From: Camelus dromedarius
Lineage: Eukaryota
Assembly (NCBI RefSeq): GCF_036321535.1
Contig: NC_087437.1
Span: 67,706,001 to 67,770,000 of the forward strand
DNA: 64,000 nucleotides
Direction of reading: 5' to 3'
The notes below the pieces were generated by a model. That model was not told the origin of the DNA and did no database searches. It saw only the letters and a list, made by a program, of their open reading frames with translations. The position numbers were made by a program, and so were the translations under genes. Of the stretch, positions 12,016-25,556 are shown piece by piece (the stretch's first letter is position 1; every line of letters starts with the position of its first letter).

Positions 12016-12367
12016 CCTTCAAATCCCTTCTTCAAATCCCTTCCCTTCATGGTTTCCTAATGGCCTTTGGACATGATAACAGACATTAAGACCAACTAAG
12101 AGTACAGTAGTATCATAGGTAATTTTGAATTGCATACTCCTGGGTCTGTCTTTTTTTTTTTTTTTTTTTTCCTTTTTCACAGTGTGAATCAGACAAGCAG
12201 CCTTGAACCAACAGATCACTAAGATGGATACTTAGGTTTTCAACAGATATCCACCAGGTTGTACATGCCGTAAGTGTAGGGACTATGCTTATTAATTTAT
12301 TCATTTTGCTATTCATTCATTTAAGTCTATATTGTTTAACTTCCACATTCTAGGTACTATACTAGAT

Positions 12368-12792
12368 TTAAATATCCAGCAATGTACCAAATATGCATAA
12401 TCCCCATCCACATAGACTTTTTAAATATCCACAGAGCCATAATCTATAAATTGGAATGAGCAGAATTAATGGAGCTAAAAATTCTAATATCCTAATATTT
12501 TCAAAGAAGGTAAAAAATTTAATAATTACAAGTGTTAATAAGTTAACTATGCATGTTATAATTTCTAATATTACCACAGGAGTGGAAACAAAGGGCCTAA
12601 ACTTTATTCGAATAATGGATGAAAGCATGATTAAGTATTCAATAACCAAAAGTAAGGAAAGAGATAAAAACAGAGACCACAAACAAAAAGTGGAAGATAG
12701 TAGAAATAAATCCAAATATATCATTAATTATTGTGAACAAAAATGAACTAAATACTCTAGTCAAAAAAATAAAAAAAATAAAAAAGATAATC
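12368..12792 (+). mobile_element. Ancient L1 inter-ORF region and ORF2 start, interrupted by a younger L1
   Basis: gtagaaataaatccaaatatatcattaatta...aaatgaactaaatactctagtcaaaa resembles the ORF2 endonuclease start (ISIIT.NVNGLN.P.K). Confidence 0.65.
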
Positions 12793-15700
12793 AGGAGGAG
12801 GAGACCAAGATGACAGGAGGAAGTAGAGCTCACCTACCCTCAGGAACACATCAAAAATACATCTATATGTGGAACAGTTCTTACTGAAAACAAACTGGAG
12901 ACTTCAGAAAGACTTATACAGCCAAGACTGTAAGGAAAGATCCACACAAAGTTGGGTAGGAATGGAAGAGAAGTAATCAGGTCAGGATGTGCACCCTTAG
13001 GAGAGGACATAGACTAGGAGGGGGTGGATATCATGGGCTTGGAGATCCTCCCTATGGATTGAGACGTTCAAACCACATATTTGGCACCCCAGCCCTGGGG
13101 TTTGACACCAGCAAGACAAGTCCTCCTAGCTGGTTTGAAAACCAGTAGAACTTACAGGGAGTCTGTAAGAAACTTAGACTCTGATTGTGAAGAGTGTGAA
13201 CACTTCCTTACTCCCAGGAATAAGATGCAGAAAGCAGATTGAAATTGCTTGGGACTCTGGCTGGTTTCCCATGACCACCCCAGCATATGGCTTGGCTCAT
13301 ACCGAGAGCCTGCCCTGACTCCTCTAGGGGTTTGTTTTAACTTCCTATTATGGTAAAGGCTGCATCTGCTGAGGAGTGTATGGTTGTGGGGACAGAGCCA
13401 GTTTTGACTCAGCACAGTATCTGAATGAGGCAAGGGCAGCTATCTGGTGTTTGTGAAGGCAGCAGATCAGGAGTGGTCTAGAGCTCTGACTGGCATGCTA
13501 GGACCACCCCAGTGTGTGCCCTGGCTCAGGCCTATCTTCTACTCCAACCTCTTGCTCCAGCATAGTTTTCTACTAGGACAAAGGCTGCCATTGCTGAGAA
13601 GGGTGTGCAGTCGTAGGGGTCGGAGCCAGATAGGACCTAATATTACATCTGAATGGGGGAGAGAGGCCATTATTGGCATTTGTGGAAGCAGCAAATCAGG
13701 ACCCATCTGGGGCTCCAGCACTGCTCACCTCTGGAGCAAAAGTGCCAATGCTGGGAGCAGGGAGAGCATACACTTAGAGGGAATGGAACCATCTCAGGCC
13801 GAACCCTCAGGGTATTTGCTCCAGCACTTTGGGACCTGCCCCTGCCCCTGTTGGGCAATGTTGGCCTCTCAGCATAGGAGAAGCTTCAGACCACACCTGG
13901 CTCTGGCTCTAGCTCCTCCGTCTCCAGCCCCATCTCCCAACAAGGTGATAGCTGCTAGCACACTGTAGGGGAAGATGTGATCCATGCTCACTCAGATCTT
14001 GCTTTCCCACTAAAGCCAGTGGACACATGTAGACTGCATAGGGATGCTCCCACCCAAGGACACCCCTTCAAGAATGGGATAGGTAACTGTTTCACTTAAC
14101 TTTGCAGAGACAGAGAAAGTTAAGCAAAATGAGAAGACAGAAAAATTTGCTTCAAAAGAAAGAACAAAGGAAAACAAAAACAAATAACTAATGAAGCAGA
14201 GATAAAGAACAAAGCCCAGAGTCAGCAGAAGGAAGGAAATAATAATTATCACAGTAGAAATAGAGACAAAAACAATAAAAATTAATAAAACCAAGAGCTG
14301 TTTATTTTGAAAACATAAATAAGCCTTTTGCTAAGATCATCAAGAAAACGAAAGAACAAGGACCCAAATAAACAAAAGAATTAAAAATGAAAGAGGAAAA
14401 ATTACAACGAATTTCACAGAAATACAAAAAAATCATAAGGGAATAATATGAACAGTTATATGCCAATAAATTGAACAACGAAAAGAAATGGATAAATTTC
14501 TAGAAATATACAATCTTCCAAGACTCAATCAGAAAGAAATAAACAATCTGAATAGACTGATCACTATCAGTGAAATTGAATTTGCATTGAAAAAAAAAAA
14601 AACAGGACTAAACAGCTTCATGGGGAAATTTTATGAAACATACAAAAGGAGCTAATACCTATCCTTCTCAAACTATGTCAAAAAATTTAAGACAATGGAA
14701 CACTCCCAAATTCATCCTACAAGGCCACCATTATCCTGATACCAAAACCAGACAAAGACACTACAAAGGAAAAAAAAAAGAAGAAAGTTGCAGGTCAGCA
14801 TCTCTGTTGAGATAGATGCAAAAATCCTCAACAAATATTAGCAAACCGAATTCAACAATATATTAAAATAATCATACACTGTGATCAATTGGTATGTATT
14901 CCAGGGATGCAAAGACAGTTCAATATCCATAAATCAATCAATGTGATGCACAATATTAGCAAAAGAAAGGATAAAATCATGATAATCTCTATAGAAGCAG
15001 AAAAGGCATTTGACAAAATTCACCATCCATTCATGATTAAAGCTCTCATCAAAGTTGGCATAGAGGGCACATATCTCAATGTAATAAAGGTCACTTATGA
15101 GAAACAGCTAACATCAAACTCAGTGGTGAAAAGATGAAAAGTTTCCCTTTAAAATCAGGAAGACGAGAATGCTGACAGTCATCACTACTATAAAATAGTA
15201 TTGAAAGTCACAGCAATCAAGAAAAAGAAATAGAGAGTATACAAATTGGAAAGGAAAATTGAACTGGTACTATTTGCAGATGACAGGATGCTTTATATAG
15301 AAAACCCTAAAGTCTCCATACAAAAACTATTAGAACTTATAAATGAATTCTGTAAAGATGCAGGATACAAGATTAATACACAGACATCTGTTGCTCTTCT
15401 ATACACTAATAATGAACTTTCAGAAAAGGAAATCAAGAAAAAAATTCACAATTAAAATTGCATCAATAAGGGTAAAATGCCTGAAAATAAACTTAACCAA
15501 GGAGGTGAAAGATCTATTCTCTCAAAACTCTAAAACATTAATGAAAGAAATTAGATATGATACAGAGAAATGGAAAGATATCCTCTGTCCTTGGAATGGA
15601 AAAATTAATATTGTGAAAATATTTATACTACTGAATGCAACCTTCAGATTTAATGCAATCCCTATCAAAATACTTGACAATTTTTACAAAACTAGGACAA

Positions 15701-16710
15701 ATAATCCTAAAATTTGTATGGAACCACAAAACACTTTAGCCTAAGCAATCTTGAGAAAAAAGAACAAAGGTGGAGGTATCATGCTCTCTGACTTCAGACT
15801 AAATTACTAAGCTAAAGGCACACAAAAAAGACACTTAGATCAATGGAACAGTGTAGAGAGCCCAGAAATAAACCCATGCTCTTATGGGTAATTAATCTAC
15901 TACAAAGGAGGCAAGAATGTACAATGAGAAAAAGACAGTGTCTTCAGTAAGTGGTCCTGGGAAAACTGGTCAGCTATATGTAAACAAAAAAATAAAATTA
16001 ACGTTTTCTCATACTATATGCCAAAAAAAAGAAAGAAAGAAAAAGAAAAAACTAAAAACCTCAAAATGGATTAAAACCTATATGTAAGACTGGATACCAT
16101 AAAACTCCTGAAGAGAACATAGGCGCAACACTCTTTGACATAAACTGCAGCAATGTTTTCATGAATCTGTCTCCTGAGACAAAGGAAACAAAGGCAAAGG
16201 TAAGCAAATGGGACCTAATTACACATAAAAACTTTTGCTCAACAAAAGAAACTACTGGAAAAACAAAAATACAACCTAGTGAAGGGAGAAAATATTTGTA
16301 AATGATATTACTGATAATGAGTTAATATCCAAAACATATAAATAACTCATACAATGCAATATGAAAAAACAAACAACCCATTTTAAAAATGGGCAGAAGA
16401 CCTGAATAGACATTTTTCCAAAGAAACTATACAGATAGCAAATGGGCACACAAAAAGATACTCAACATCACTCATCATCAGGGAAATACAAATCAAAACT
16501 ACAATGAGATAACACCTCACATCTGACAGAATGTCTGTAATCAAAAAGACCAGAAATAACAAATGTTGGTTAAGATGTGAAGAAAAGGGAGGCCTAGTAT
16601 ACTTTTGGTGGGAATGTAAATTGTTGCAGCCACTACTGAAAACCATATAAAGTTTTCCCTCCAAATTAAAAATAGAACTACCATAAGATACAGTAACTCC
16701 ACATTAGGTG
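12793..16710 (+). mobile_element. Cetartiodactyl-lineage L1: complete 5' UTR, ORF1/EN deleted, decayed RT and C-terminus, 3' UTR missing
   Basis: 5' start ggaggaggagaccaagatg and GC-richer UTR to ~14128. ORF1 start MRRQKN at 14129. ORF2 motifs [50 protein letters not shown] and KWKDILCPWNGKINIVK (ORFs 14889, 15246, 15343). Confidence 0.92.
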
Positions 16711-17451
16711 TGAAAACAAAAAAATGAAAATTTGTATGGAATTGCAAAAAGCTAAAAATAGCCAAAACATTTTTTAAGAAAAACAAGATAGGAGAACTTT
16801 CTTTGTTATTATTACATACTGTAAATCTGTAAGAAGGAGGACTGTGGTTTGGCAGATGTAGATCAATGACACAGAATGGAGAACTTAGTGTCAACCCTAA
16901 GTATAAACAGACACTTGATTTATTGAGCAAATATTACAACAGGTAAGTGTAAGAAACCACAAACTTTCAATAAACTATGCTGACATAATTGCTACCAATA
17001 TTTTTTAAAAAGTAAACTCCCAATTTGCATCATATTAATAAAAATCTTCTTGAAGGCCTATATTGATCTTCAAGACCTACATTTTAATGGTTAAAAATTA
17101 CAAAGTGTTTAAGAGAGAAAGAAGAGAATATCTTTAGACCTCAGGATAGGATTTCTTGAAGAAGACACAAATTACAGAGCCATAACGATAAAGACTTACA
17201 AAGAGGAGTGCATTAATAAGCTAATAATTTCCATTAATCAAAAGACATTTCATTATAGAGACAAGATAAGCTGCAGAATGTGGGAGATATTTGCAATACT
17301 TATAACTTACAAAATATCCAGAATATAGAACAGAATCCAATATATATGATAGCCTCCAAAAAATCAAAGTGATAAAAGGCAGATAACTCAACAGAAAAGT
17401 TGTCTAAGAGTTTTGAAGAGATACTTCACAAAACAGGACATTGTAAGCAAG

Positions 17452-17817
17452 TGCTATGGACTAAATATCTGTATCCTTCTAAAATTCATTGTTGAAGTCC
17501 TCATCCCCAATGTGATAGTATTTGGAGTGGGGAGCCCTGTGGGAAGTAATTAGGTCAATAGGGGTGGAGCCCTCATGAATGAGATTAGTGCCCTAATAAG
17601 AAGAGACAGGTAAGAAATGATCTTACTTCACCATGTGAGGATACAGCAAAAAGGCAGCCATTTGCAAAACAGGAAGCTGGCTTTTATCAGGAACCAAATT
17701 GGCTGGCTCCTTGATTGTGCACTTCCCAGCCTCCAGAATGCTGAGAAATACATTTCTGTTGTTTTAAGACCACTAGTCTAGGATATTTTGTTACGGAAGC
17801 CTGAGCAGACTAAGACA
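17452..17817 (+). mobile_element. MLT1A-type MaLR solo LTR
   Basis: tgctatggactaaat...tccccaatgtgatagtatttggag...ggtggagccctcatgaatg...cttcccagcctccagaa...gactaagaca; TG/CA termini; 366 bp. Confidence 0.92.
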
Positions 17818-18358
17818 ATGACCTATAAGTACATTAAAAGTTGAGATGAATATTCATTAGTAATGAGGGAAATGTATATTATAATTACAATGAGATTCCA
17901 ATATACATGCTTCATATTGGCAGATAGTAAAGCATACTTGACTGTACCAAGTGTTGGCACACACATGAACCGAGTGTTGGCACACATAAACTCTAATGCA
18001 TCACTTAGGAATGTAAATTAGTTCAACATTTTGCAGACTGGTATAAGATTATCTATTAATGCTATAGTTTTAAAAAAACTACTCAAGTTGAAAAAATATA
18101 TATTCTATGACATAGTGTTTCCATTTCTAAGTGGATAGTCTACAAATCTGCATATTTATATGCAACAAGAAATAAGATACAGGAATGTGCAAAGCAGCAT
18201 TTTTCAAGTTTTACAAAACCCAGAGTCCTTTAATAGTAAAATAAATAAATAAATAGCAATGTCAATAAGCCAGTGAATATTATACAGCAATGAAAGTTAA
18301 GAGTTCTATGTACATCAGTATGGTGAAACCATCTTCATAGTGAATGAAAAAAAGGCAA

Positions 18359-18435
18359 CTTATGTATAACTGAATCACTATGCTATATACCAGAAACTAA
18401 CACCACATTGTAAATCAACTATATGTCAATAAAAA
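18359..18435 (+). mobile_element. Extreme 3' terminus of a cetartiodactyl L1
   Basis: tatgtataactgaatcactatgctatataccagaaactaacaccacattgtaaatcaactatatgtcaataaaaa. Confidence 0.85.
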
Positions 18436-20996
18436 GACTTAATAGTGACCTCTATAACCTACTCTATCAATAAAATCTCTTCAGTATTCTTGAAAAGACA
18501 AAAAGAAAATATATACAGTGCAATTCCATTCATATAGTATTCAAAACAGGCAAAACTAAAGTGTTTTTCTTGGGATGCATAAATAAGAAGTAAAACTAAA
18601 AGAAAACCGGGAATTGATTATTATTAGTGTCAGAGTAATGATCACCTCAAATGGGAGGAAATGGTGGGAAGAGACACATGTAGGGGCTCTGGAATGCTGA
18701 TAATTTTCTTTTGCTTGACATCCGTAATATTTACATGAGTGTTGCTTATAGCTATTTATTAAGCTGAAAATGTATTTTATGAACTTTATTAGATGCATAT
18801 ATAATCTATTTCGTAATAAAAGTGTTTAAAAAAGCAAAATCCACAAGTCTTTGTAAAAGTTAGTGAGAGGCATGTGGGCTCCTTTCATGGCTGGACCAGA
18901 CCTTTTGATATTGAAGCCCAAATATTAGTCTCTTACGAAGTATCAGCAAGCGTTGGGTTGAGGGGGGGTATATGCATTTTTAAGCCCACTCCAGCACTAC
19001 CTGTGTGTCGGAAGTGAGCTTTCTGAAAATCTTTGTTCCTGCTTCTTACACTCACCCACACCTACAGTCTAAAAACTAAGGACTCTAGACTGACTCACAA
19101 CTGTTAAAAGAAAATGTAGAGCTGCTTTGAGTGAAAGGTAAAGACTCATAACTTGAGTGTAGCCAGTCATGATGGAGCACGTCGCCTACTCAGTGGAGCC
19201 TGCAGATTGTCCCTTCATGTGAACTGACAGCACCTTAGAGCATTGGACTGGCTCAGCCGTGAAGCAGGGAAAACTGTCGAAGTGAGAATAATCTGATACA
19301 CAAAAATGCTCTAAATCGTTATAATGGTAGAGAAATGTTACGGTTGGTGTAAAAGCCAGTCATTACTGGAGGCAAATGACTGAACTAAAGATATTTGATT
19401 TCCCCTGGATTTTAACTTCATGGGTGACTGCCTACAAGAAAACTCAATATATCTCTAGGACTTCTGCCTTCTTTTGTCAATTTGACTGAAATCAGCCTAT
19501 GAAATCCAATTGATTTGATTCCACAAGAAACTAGGATTATATTTGAAGGCTGTATTTTAAATCTAAATTCAAAATTCCTTGAAGACTATAGCTTCTTTGT
19601 CAGATTAATTTATGGAATCATAAAAGTCTCAGTTTCTTATGCAAATAGAGAGGAAAATTTCATCTCTAGCTGAAAAGGGTCAGTTTGAGATAAACATAGT
19701 CAGTGAATCATCACTGCATGATGATGCACAGGAGAATTATGTCTGGTCACTGGAAAAGGGCTAGTTTTTGGCATTAGAATAAATGAAAGAAGAGGAAAAA
19801 CTGAAGGGAAGATTCCAATTCCCATTTTGGTTTTTGTTTCAGTTCCAGGCTGACAAAGTCATGCATTTGTTGGGTCTAGTGAAAAGATTCCTGTCTAGAA
19901 TGGATCATGGATCAAATAGACTGCAAGATATTTTCATTAGTGTGCTCTGGCCCAACGTTCTAAAGGCAGAATAGATAAGACATTAGGGAAGACACAGACA
20001 TGATTCCTTGAGCTATCTTCCCATAATAAACTACTTGGGGCTATGGGTCATGCCTTTCTTTCATTCCAATATTCTAACTAAACTTACAGTTCCTAATACG
20101 GTGTTCCTGTGAATCATCCACTCAAGGGTTATTGATTTGCCAGCAGAGGCAACTTGCTTGCTCATTGTGGGGCCACTGAGAAAGCAACCTTAATGAAATA
20201 TAAGTGCTTTTACTGCAGTTGTTACCTCAGTTGACCTCACAGAGGTCCCAGAAGCTAGCCCTTCAATTTCAAATCACACAAAGAATATTTTGCTTACATT
20301 AGGATTTGCTTTATTCTAAGAAGGGGATCATGAAAAATGATTAGTGAGACTGCTTTAGTCCCCAGTAAAGACTGAGTGAGGATCTTGGCATCCTCCTCAA
20401 ACAACTGGCCCAGGTTTAAGAGAGGCAGGAAGAAAAACAGCAGGTAGGGGTAAACCTGTTAGAGTACTTCAGCAACATCTCATTTCCAACTGACCTAAAT
20501 AAAAAGGTCCTTTATTGGTGTATTTAACTGGAGTCCCAGAAAGGGGATGGACTTGAGGATCATCATAAACCTGTGACTGACAACGTCCCTGTCTGTGCCC
20601 CCTTCTAAGTAATGAATGATTGTATCTTTGGGCTGCTTTTTTTTTTGAAGAAACAAATGCCTATATTGGTTCCTGGCTTTGCATCTGCATACCACAATGT
20701 CCTGAGAGAAAGAAAATATTCTTATCACTTGTTCTAAACAAGTAATCTGAGATCCACCCTAACTCAACTGTTCATATTTCTTGCTTATTCCTGGATCAAT
20801 GATTATGGACAGTAGAATGGGTTGATTATAATAAGCCTAGAAGGCTGGAACTGAAAGGTGAGTGGAGTCAATTTTCCTCACAGTTTCCTAAATAAGAGCA
20901 GAAGTCTGAACCAAAATGTAGGTATCTTAGAAAAGAGAAAAATCGTTGTGGGCAGGCAAACCAAAAAAAGAAAAAGAAAAAGAAAAAAACCTGTAG

Positions 20997-21150
20997 CAAT
21001 AGTTCTCAACTTCACACATTAAAATCATCTGGGAACACCTAGAAATTTTTAATATCCAGGCCAGGCTAAAACCCTGGGCTAGTGGGCGAGGGCAGTACTT
21101 TTTAAGGTTCCACAGTTGATTCTAATGTGCACTTCAAGAAGACCACTACA
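20997..21150. mobile_element. MER5-type hAT-Charlie MITE
   Basis: caatagttctcaac...cacattaaaatcatctggga...gattctaatgtgc...agaagaccacta with imperfect terminal inverted repeats. Confidence 0.7.
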
Positions 21151-21949
21151 TTGCATGGGAAGAGTTTATTACAGGAAGACAGAACTAGTATCTGACAATG
21201 TCTCTTATCACATGGGGATATGGAAGAGAGATGAGTTGGTTTTATTCCCCAAGCTCTGGCAGCTTAAAGCCACCTGAGCTGACAGTTGTATTTCCCTTTA
21301 CAAAGTGGCTTCAATGTAGTGGAATTGTACTTTTCTAGCCTCACAATGAGCAACACAAAGGTTAAAACTGTGGCTAAATCCCACGTGAGAAGCATAGAGA
21401 GAGTCATTGTAAGCGCTGCTTTCCCAGAGCAACAGAAAATAGAGAGGGATTACAGTTGGGTTTAAAATACCATTTCTTTCCCTCCATCATTAACAATATT
21501 TGTAGAGTGTGCAACCACGAGTTCAGTATGGTCAACTGTGGTACGGCTTTGTTTTGTTTTGTTCTCTGATTCTCATCATTATCCTGTCTTCCATTTACTA
21601 CCCATTTTCTAACTCTGGTGCTCTGGATTCTGTAGTTTCCTCCCTGAGACTTTAGCAGGTAAATCAGGCTGAATTACAGCAAAGAGAAACTCTTCAGACC
21701 CTCTTCAAACATCAAATTTCCTCCTTTTCTTTCTTCTTCTGTGTTTTAGTTTTTTTTTTTTTTATTTACTCTTGTAAGAGGAATAAGAAAACAGAAAATA
21801 GTTTTCTCTTGTTTGATTTCTAAAACTACTTGGGCTTTTTGGAAAGTCTCACCTTCTCTTTTGATTCATTTATTTGATTTGTATTCAGAAAATACTTTTC
21901 AAGAAAAAGATCAGCTAATAATGGCCGTCATTTCATCCTAAATTCACTC

Positions 21950-22570
21950 ACCCATTAATTTATTCATACAACAAAAAAAATATTGAATGCCTAATATATG
22001 TCAGGCACTGTACTGGGGTAAAACCAAAAAAATAAAGTCCCTCAACTTATGAAGTGTATATTCTAATACAGTCTATAAACAAATATATAGTAGGTTAGGT
22101 AGCAATAAACTTGATGTAGAACAATAAAGGAGGTTGAGAAGGAAAGAGAATCTTGGGGGAAGGGCTCAGTGAGAGAGAATAGAAGTTATGAGTTACTATC
22201 TCAAATAGAATGGTGAGGGAAGACCTCCTACTAAGGTGACAGTTGAAGAGAAACCTGAAGGAAATGATGGAGCAAGCCATGGGAACATCTGGGAGCAGCA
22301 TTCCAGGCAGAGCAAATAGAAGATGCAAAGACCCCAAGGTAGGCAAATGCTGGAGTGTACGATGGAAAGTAAGGCTAGTAGAGCTGGGGTAGAGTGGAGA
22401 AGGAAAGTGTTGGGCAGAGAGAACAAGGGCTCAGATTATATAATATTTTATACACCATTTGAAGAACTTCAGCCTTAATTTAAATGAAATGAAAAGCCAT
22501 TAGAAGATTTTGAACAAAGGAGTAACATCACCTGACCTATTTGAAAGTTATTCTCTGTTGAGAAAAGGCT
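21950..22570 (-). mobile_element. L2 LINE 3' part
   Basis: ttattcatacaacaaa...tattgaatgccta...tgtcaggcactgtactggg...cagcattccaggcagagcaaatag...aagccattagaagattttgaac. Confidence 0.85.
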
Positions 22571-23159
22571 AAGGTGGGCAAGAGTAGACTCAAAGCAGGT
22601 TGAATATTTATGGTTTAAAATTTTACATTTAATATTGGGTTATGGTGTGAGATAAGATTATGGCTTGATTTGTTGAATACATTCCTTCTTAGTGAGGTTA
22701 CCTTGCCATAAATTAAATTCTTTTACTATAAACTATAATCTATTTCAGAAGCCTTTACCCAGTTCATTGAACTAACTATTGATTATTGTACTAATACTTT
22801 AATTATTGAGTTAACTGTAGTTTGTATTTACAGTGATAAAATGTTACATTTTCAGTGAATATTTGATCGATCAGAAAACACTCATTGTATAACATTACGT
22901 CACAAGAAGGAAATGTACAGAAATAGACAGTCATGTTCTTGGGATGGTAGTATTATGATGATTTTCTCTTTATGATGACCTATGGCTTCCTAATTTTCTA
23001 TGATAATCATGTATTTAATTTTATGATTAGACAAAAATGTATAAACTTTCAAACAAGACAAATAATCTCCCTTCCCACAAATACTTGCCCTTAGTAGATC
23101 CATTTTAGTAAATATAAATGCCTTGAAGAGAAACGATTTCTCAATAAATTAAGGATTCT

Positions 23160-24005
23160 AGATTCATATGTCTCCACCTACTCAACATTTCAACTCAAAC
23201 ATCTAATAGCGAAATATCAAGGTCAACATGACTGGGAAAAAAATGTCATAAATCCTCTCTCCCCAAAACAGCTTCTCTGCAGATTTTCCTAATGTGGTAA
23301 ATGATACCAGTCAGAGAACTTGCTGTCATTCTGATCCCTCATTTTCTTTCATGCTTGACCTCTGACCATTTAGCAGAGGCTTGTTGGTTCTACCCTAAAA
23401 TATCTCAACCAAATCTTTTTACTTCATACCACCTTCAAGGCTACCACCTCCTAATTCATCTAATATGACACTCAAGTTTCCCTACAGCAGCCAGAGAGAT
23501 GCTTAAAATACTTGAATGAGATCATGTTAGTCACTCCCACAAAACATTTCAATAGTTTCCTATCACACTTAAACTAGAAACCAGAATTTTTCCATGGCTA
23601 CCTAAGTCCTACTTGTTTGTCTCCCTGAATGACTCCACTTGATTACCTATCCCCCTCCTGCTCTCACGAGGACCCATCCACCTTGGCCTTCCTGATGTTT
23701 CTCAACATCACCAAAGGCATTTGTCTAAGACACTTTGCATTTTCTACTCTTTCCACCTGGATTGTTCTTCCAAATATTTTCATTGGTTGTTCCTTTACTT
23801 CACTCGATCCTTGCTTAAAATATCACTTCTTCAAGAGAGGACTTTCATGACCAGCCTTTTAAAAATAACACTCTAAATCATGCTCCATCTTTTTACCTGA
23901 CTCATTTTGTGCTCAAAGTATTTGTCATTGCCTACTTATATATATTTTGTGTTGGTTGCTTTTTATTGTTTCCCATCCCACTTGAATAAGAATATTTGAA
24001 TGCTT
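23160..24005 (+). mobile_element. L2 LINE 3' part
   Basis: cagcagccagagagatgcttaaaa...ccttggccttcctgatgtttctcaac...gcttaaaatatcacttcttcaagagagg. Confidence 0.8.
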
Positions 24006-24659
24006 AAAGAATCTGTTTAAAAACAAAGGAGGACACTATATTTTACCTGAAATGTATGATGATTAGAAACAACCAAAGGAGCTATACTTAGAAAAATATC
24101 TGTCCCTAGCTGTGTGACAGTCACTAGGAAGTGCTCAGTTTTTAATTTATGTCTAAACTTATGAGTATAGACGTAAATATTAAATTCCTTTCTATTACTC
24201 CTGTTATTGCTATAGAAAGCAAATTCAAGGTTGTAAAAATACTTACTTATATTTTTGCTTTTAAATTCACAACCATACATTCTTACATACAAGATAAAAC
24301 ACCAGCTCTCTATCCATAATTCAAGGTCATTCCTCTTTACCTCAGTCTTCATTACTCACTCCCAAACACAATTATATCTTCATCATCCTTTTTAGTTTCA
24401 GTCTATATTTAGTGTATCAACAAGGTACCAGTGTAGGAAACAGAAAATATTCAAGATATTGTAAGCAGAAATATTTAATAAAGGGAATTAAGTGCTGACA
24501 AATTTATAGACATGCTGAAGGGAAAGAGTGCCATCACTGGACTTTTGGTTTCAAAAGTTGCCAGTCCTGGCTGTGATTCAGAGCCCAGAACTGCTGCAGT
24601 TATCGCCACCACCCCTTCCTCTACCAGAGAGGTGATGGGGAAATGAGAAGGAAACATTT

Positions 24660-25330
24660 GTAAAAATCTATGAAGGATATAATCAAGATTTTAAGAGAAA
24701 AATGGCAGTTACAAAGCAGAAGTAAGAGGTTCTTAAGAACTAAAGAAAAACAGAAGGAAGGAAGGAAGTAAAGGGGAAGAAAGATGAGAGAGAATTTTAA
24801 AACTATGATAGTATAAATTATATATATATATATTTTTTTTCAAGTTTCTTGAAGAAAACTTGAAAGATAAAATGGAGAAAATCTTCCCAGGAATAGAAAA
24901 AAAGACATACATAGAAAATGGAAGACAACAAGGGAAAAACAGGGGACCAATCCAGCAGGTTACATATCTGATAAAGAGGAGTTACTGAAATAGGAATTAG
25001 AAAATAGAGAATGAAAAATATTAAAGAGAGAATGCAACAAACGAGCAGAAGCCCATGACAGAGGATACAACTTTCCATAATGAGAAAGTCATTGAGTACC
25101 CAGACAGAAATTTTTAAAAGACCCATACCAAGACTCAGTATCATAAAATATTAGTACACTATGAATAGGGAAGACTGTCTTCCAGAGAGGTAAAAAATTA
25201 AGTTTCAAGCAAAAAATGAAGAATCAACATGGCAACAGCCTTCTCAACAGCAACACTGGAAGCGGGAAATGCCAGAGTGTATGTTTTCATTTCTATGTCC
25301 GTGAAATTATCAGTTAAGTGTGGGACATGT
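24660..25330 (+). mobile_element. HAL1/L1M ORF1-derived fragment
   Basis: Purine-rich; ggaccaatccagcaggttacatatctgataaagaggagtt...gaatcaacatggcaacagccttctcaacagcaacactggaagc is typical of an ORF1 C-terminal half. Confidence 0.65.
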
Positions 25331-25556
25331 TGTAAATTGGTATGTAAAAAGAACATAGAAAAAGTGAAAAGATTGAAAACAGGAAGGAAACAAACTTAAG
25401 TAGAGCCACCCTAATGGATAAGGGAACCAGATCTTTGGGGCTCCAGGAATTTTAGCAAAAAATATAAGGATCTTTAGTCCTTCACCATTAACCTGAGTCA
25501 GCTGCTTCCTGATTTTCTATATTTTATATCCTCTTCTGACTACCCATTTACTTTTT

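Larger units (their letters stand above)
16711..18835 (+). mobile_element. Ancient L1 (L1ME-type) ORF2 3' half and 3' UTR, with nested insertions
   Basis: aaaatttgtatggaattgcaaaaagctaaaaatagccaaaac (KFIW..K...IAK region). 3' UTR tcaaaacaggcaaaactaa...gggctctggaatgctgataat; terminal aataaaa at ~18815. Confidence 0.8.

Noticed and set aside
13447..13968. Longest ORF in the track (173 aa) and overlapping ORFs
   Set aside because: Lies within the GC-richer L1 5' UTR, starts at GTG and has no recognisable domain; expected by chance.
17950..17986. Short local duplications (agtgttggcacaca x2; similar cases near 6571, 12016 and 47599)
   Set aside because: Ordinary slippage duplications with two copies only and no array structure.
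21950..24005. Oppositely oriented L2 pair as a possible dsRNA hairpin
   Set aside because: Both copies are highly diverged, so stable pairing is implausible; the arrangement is common.
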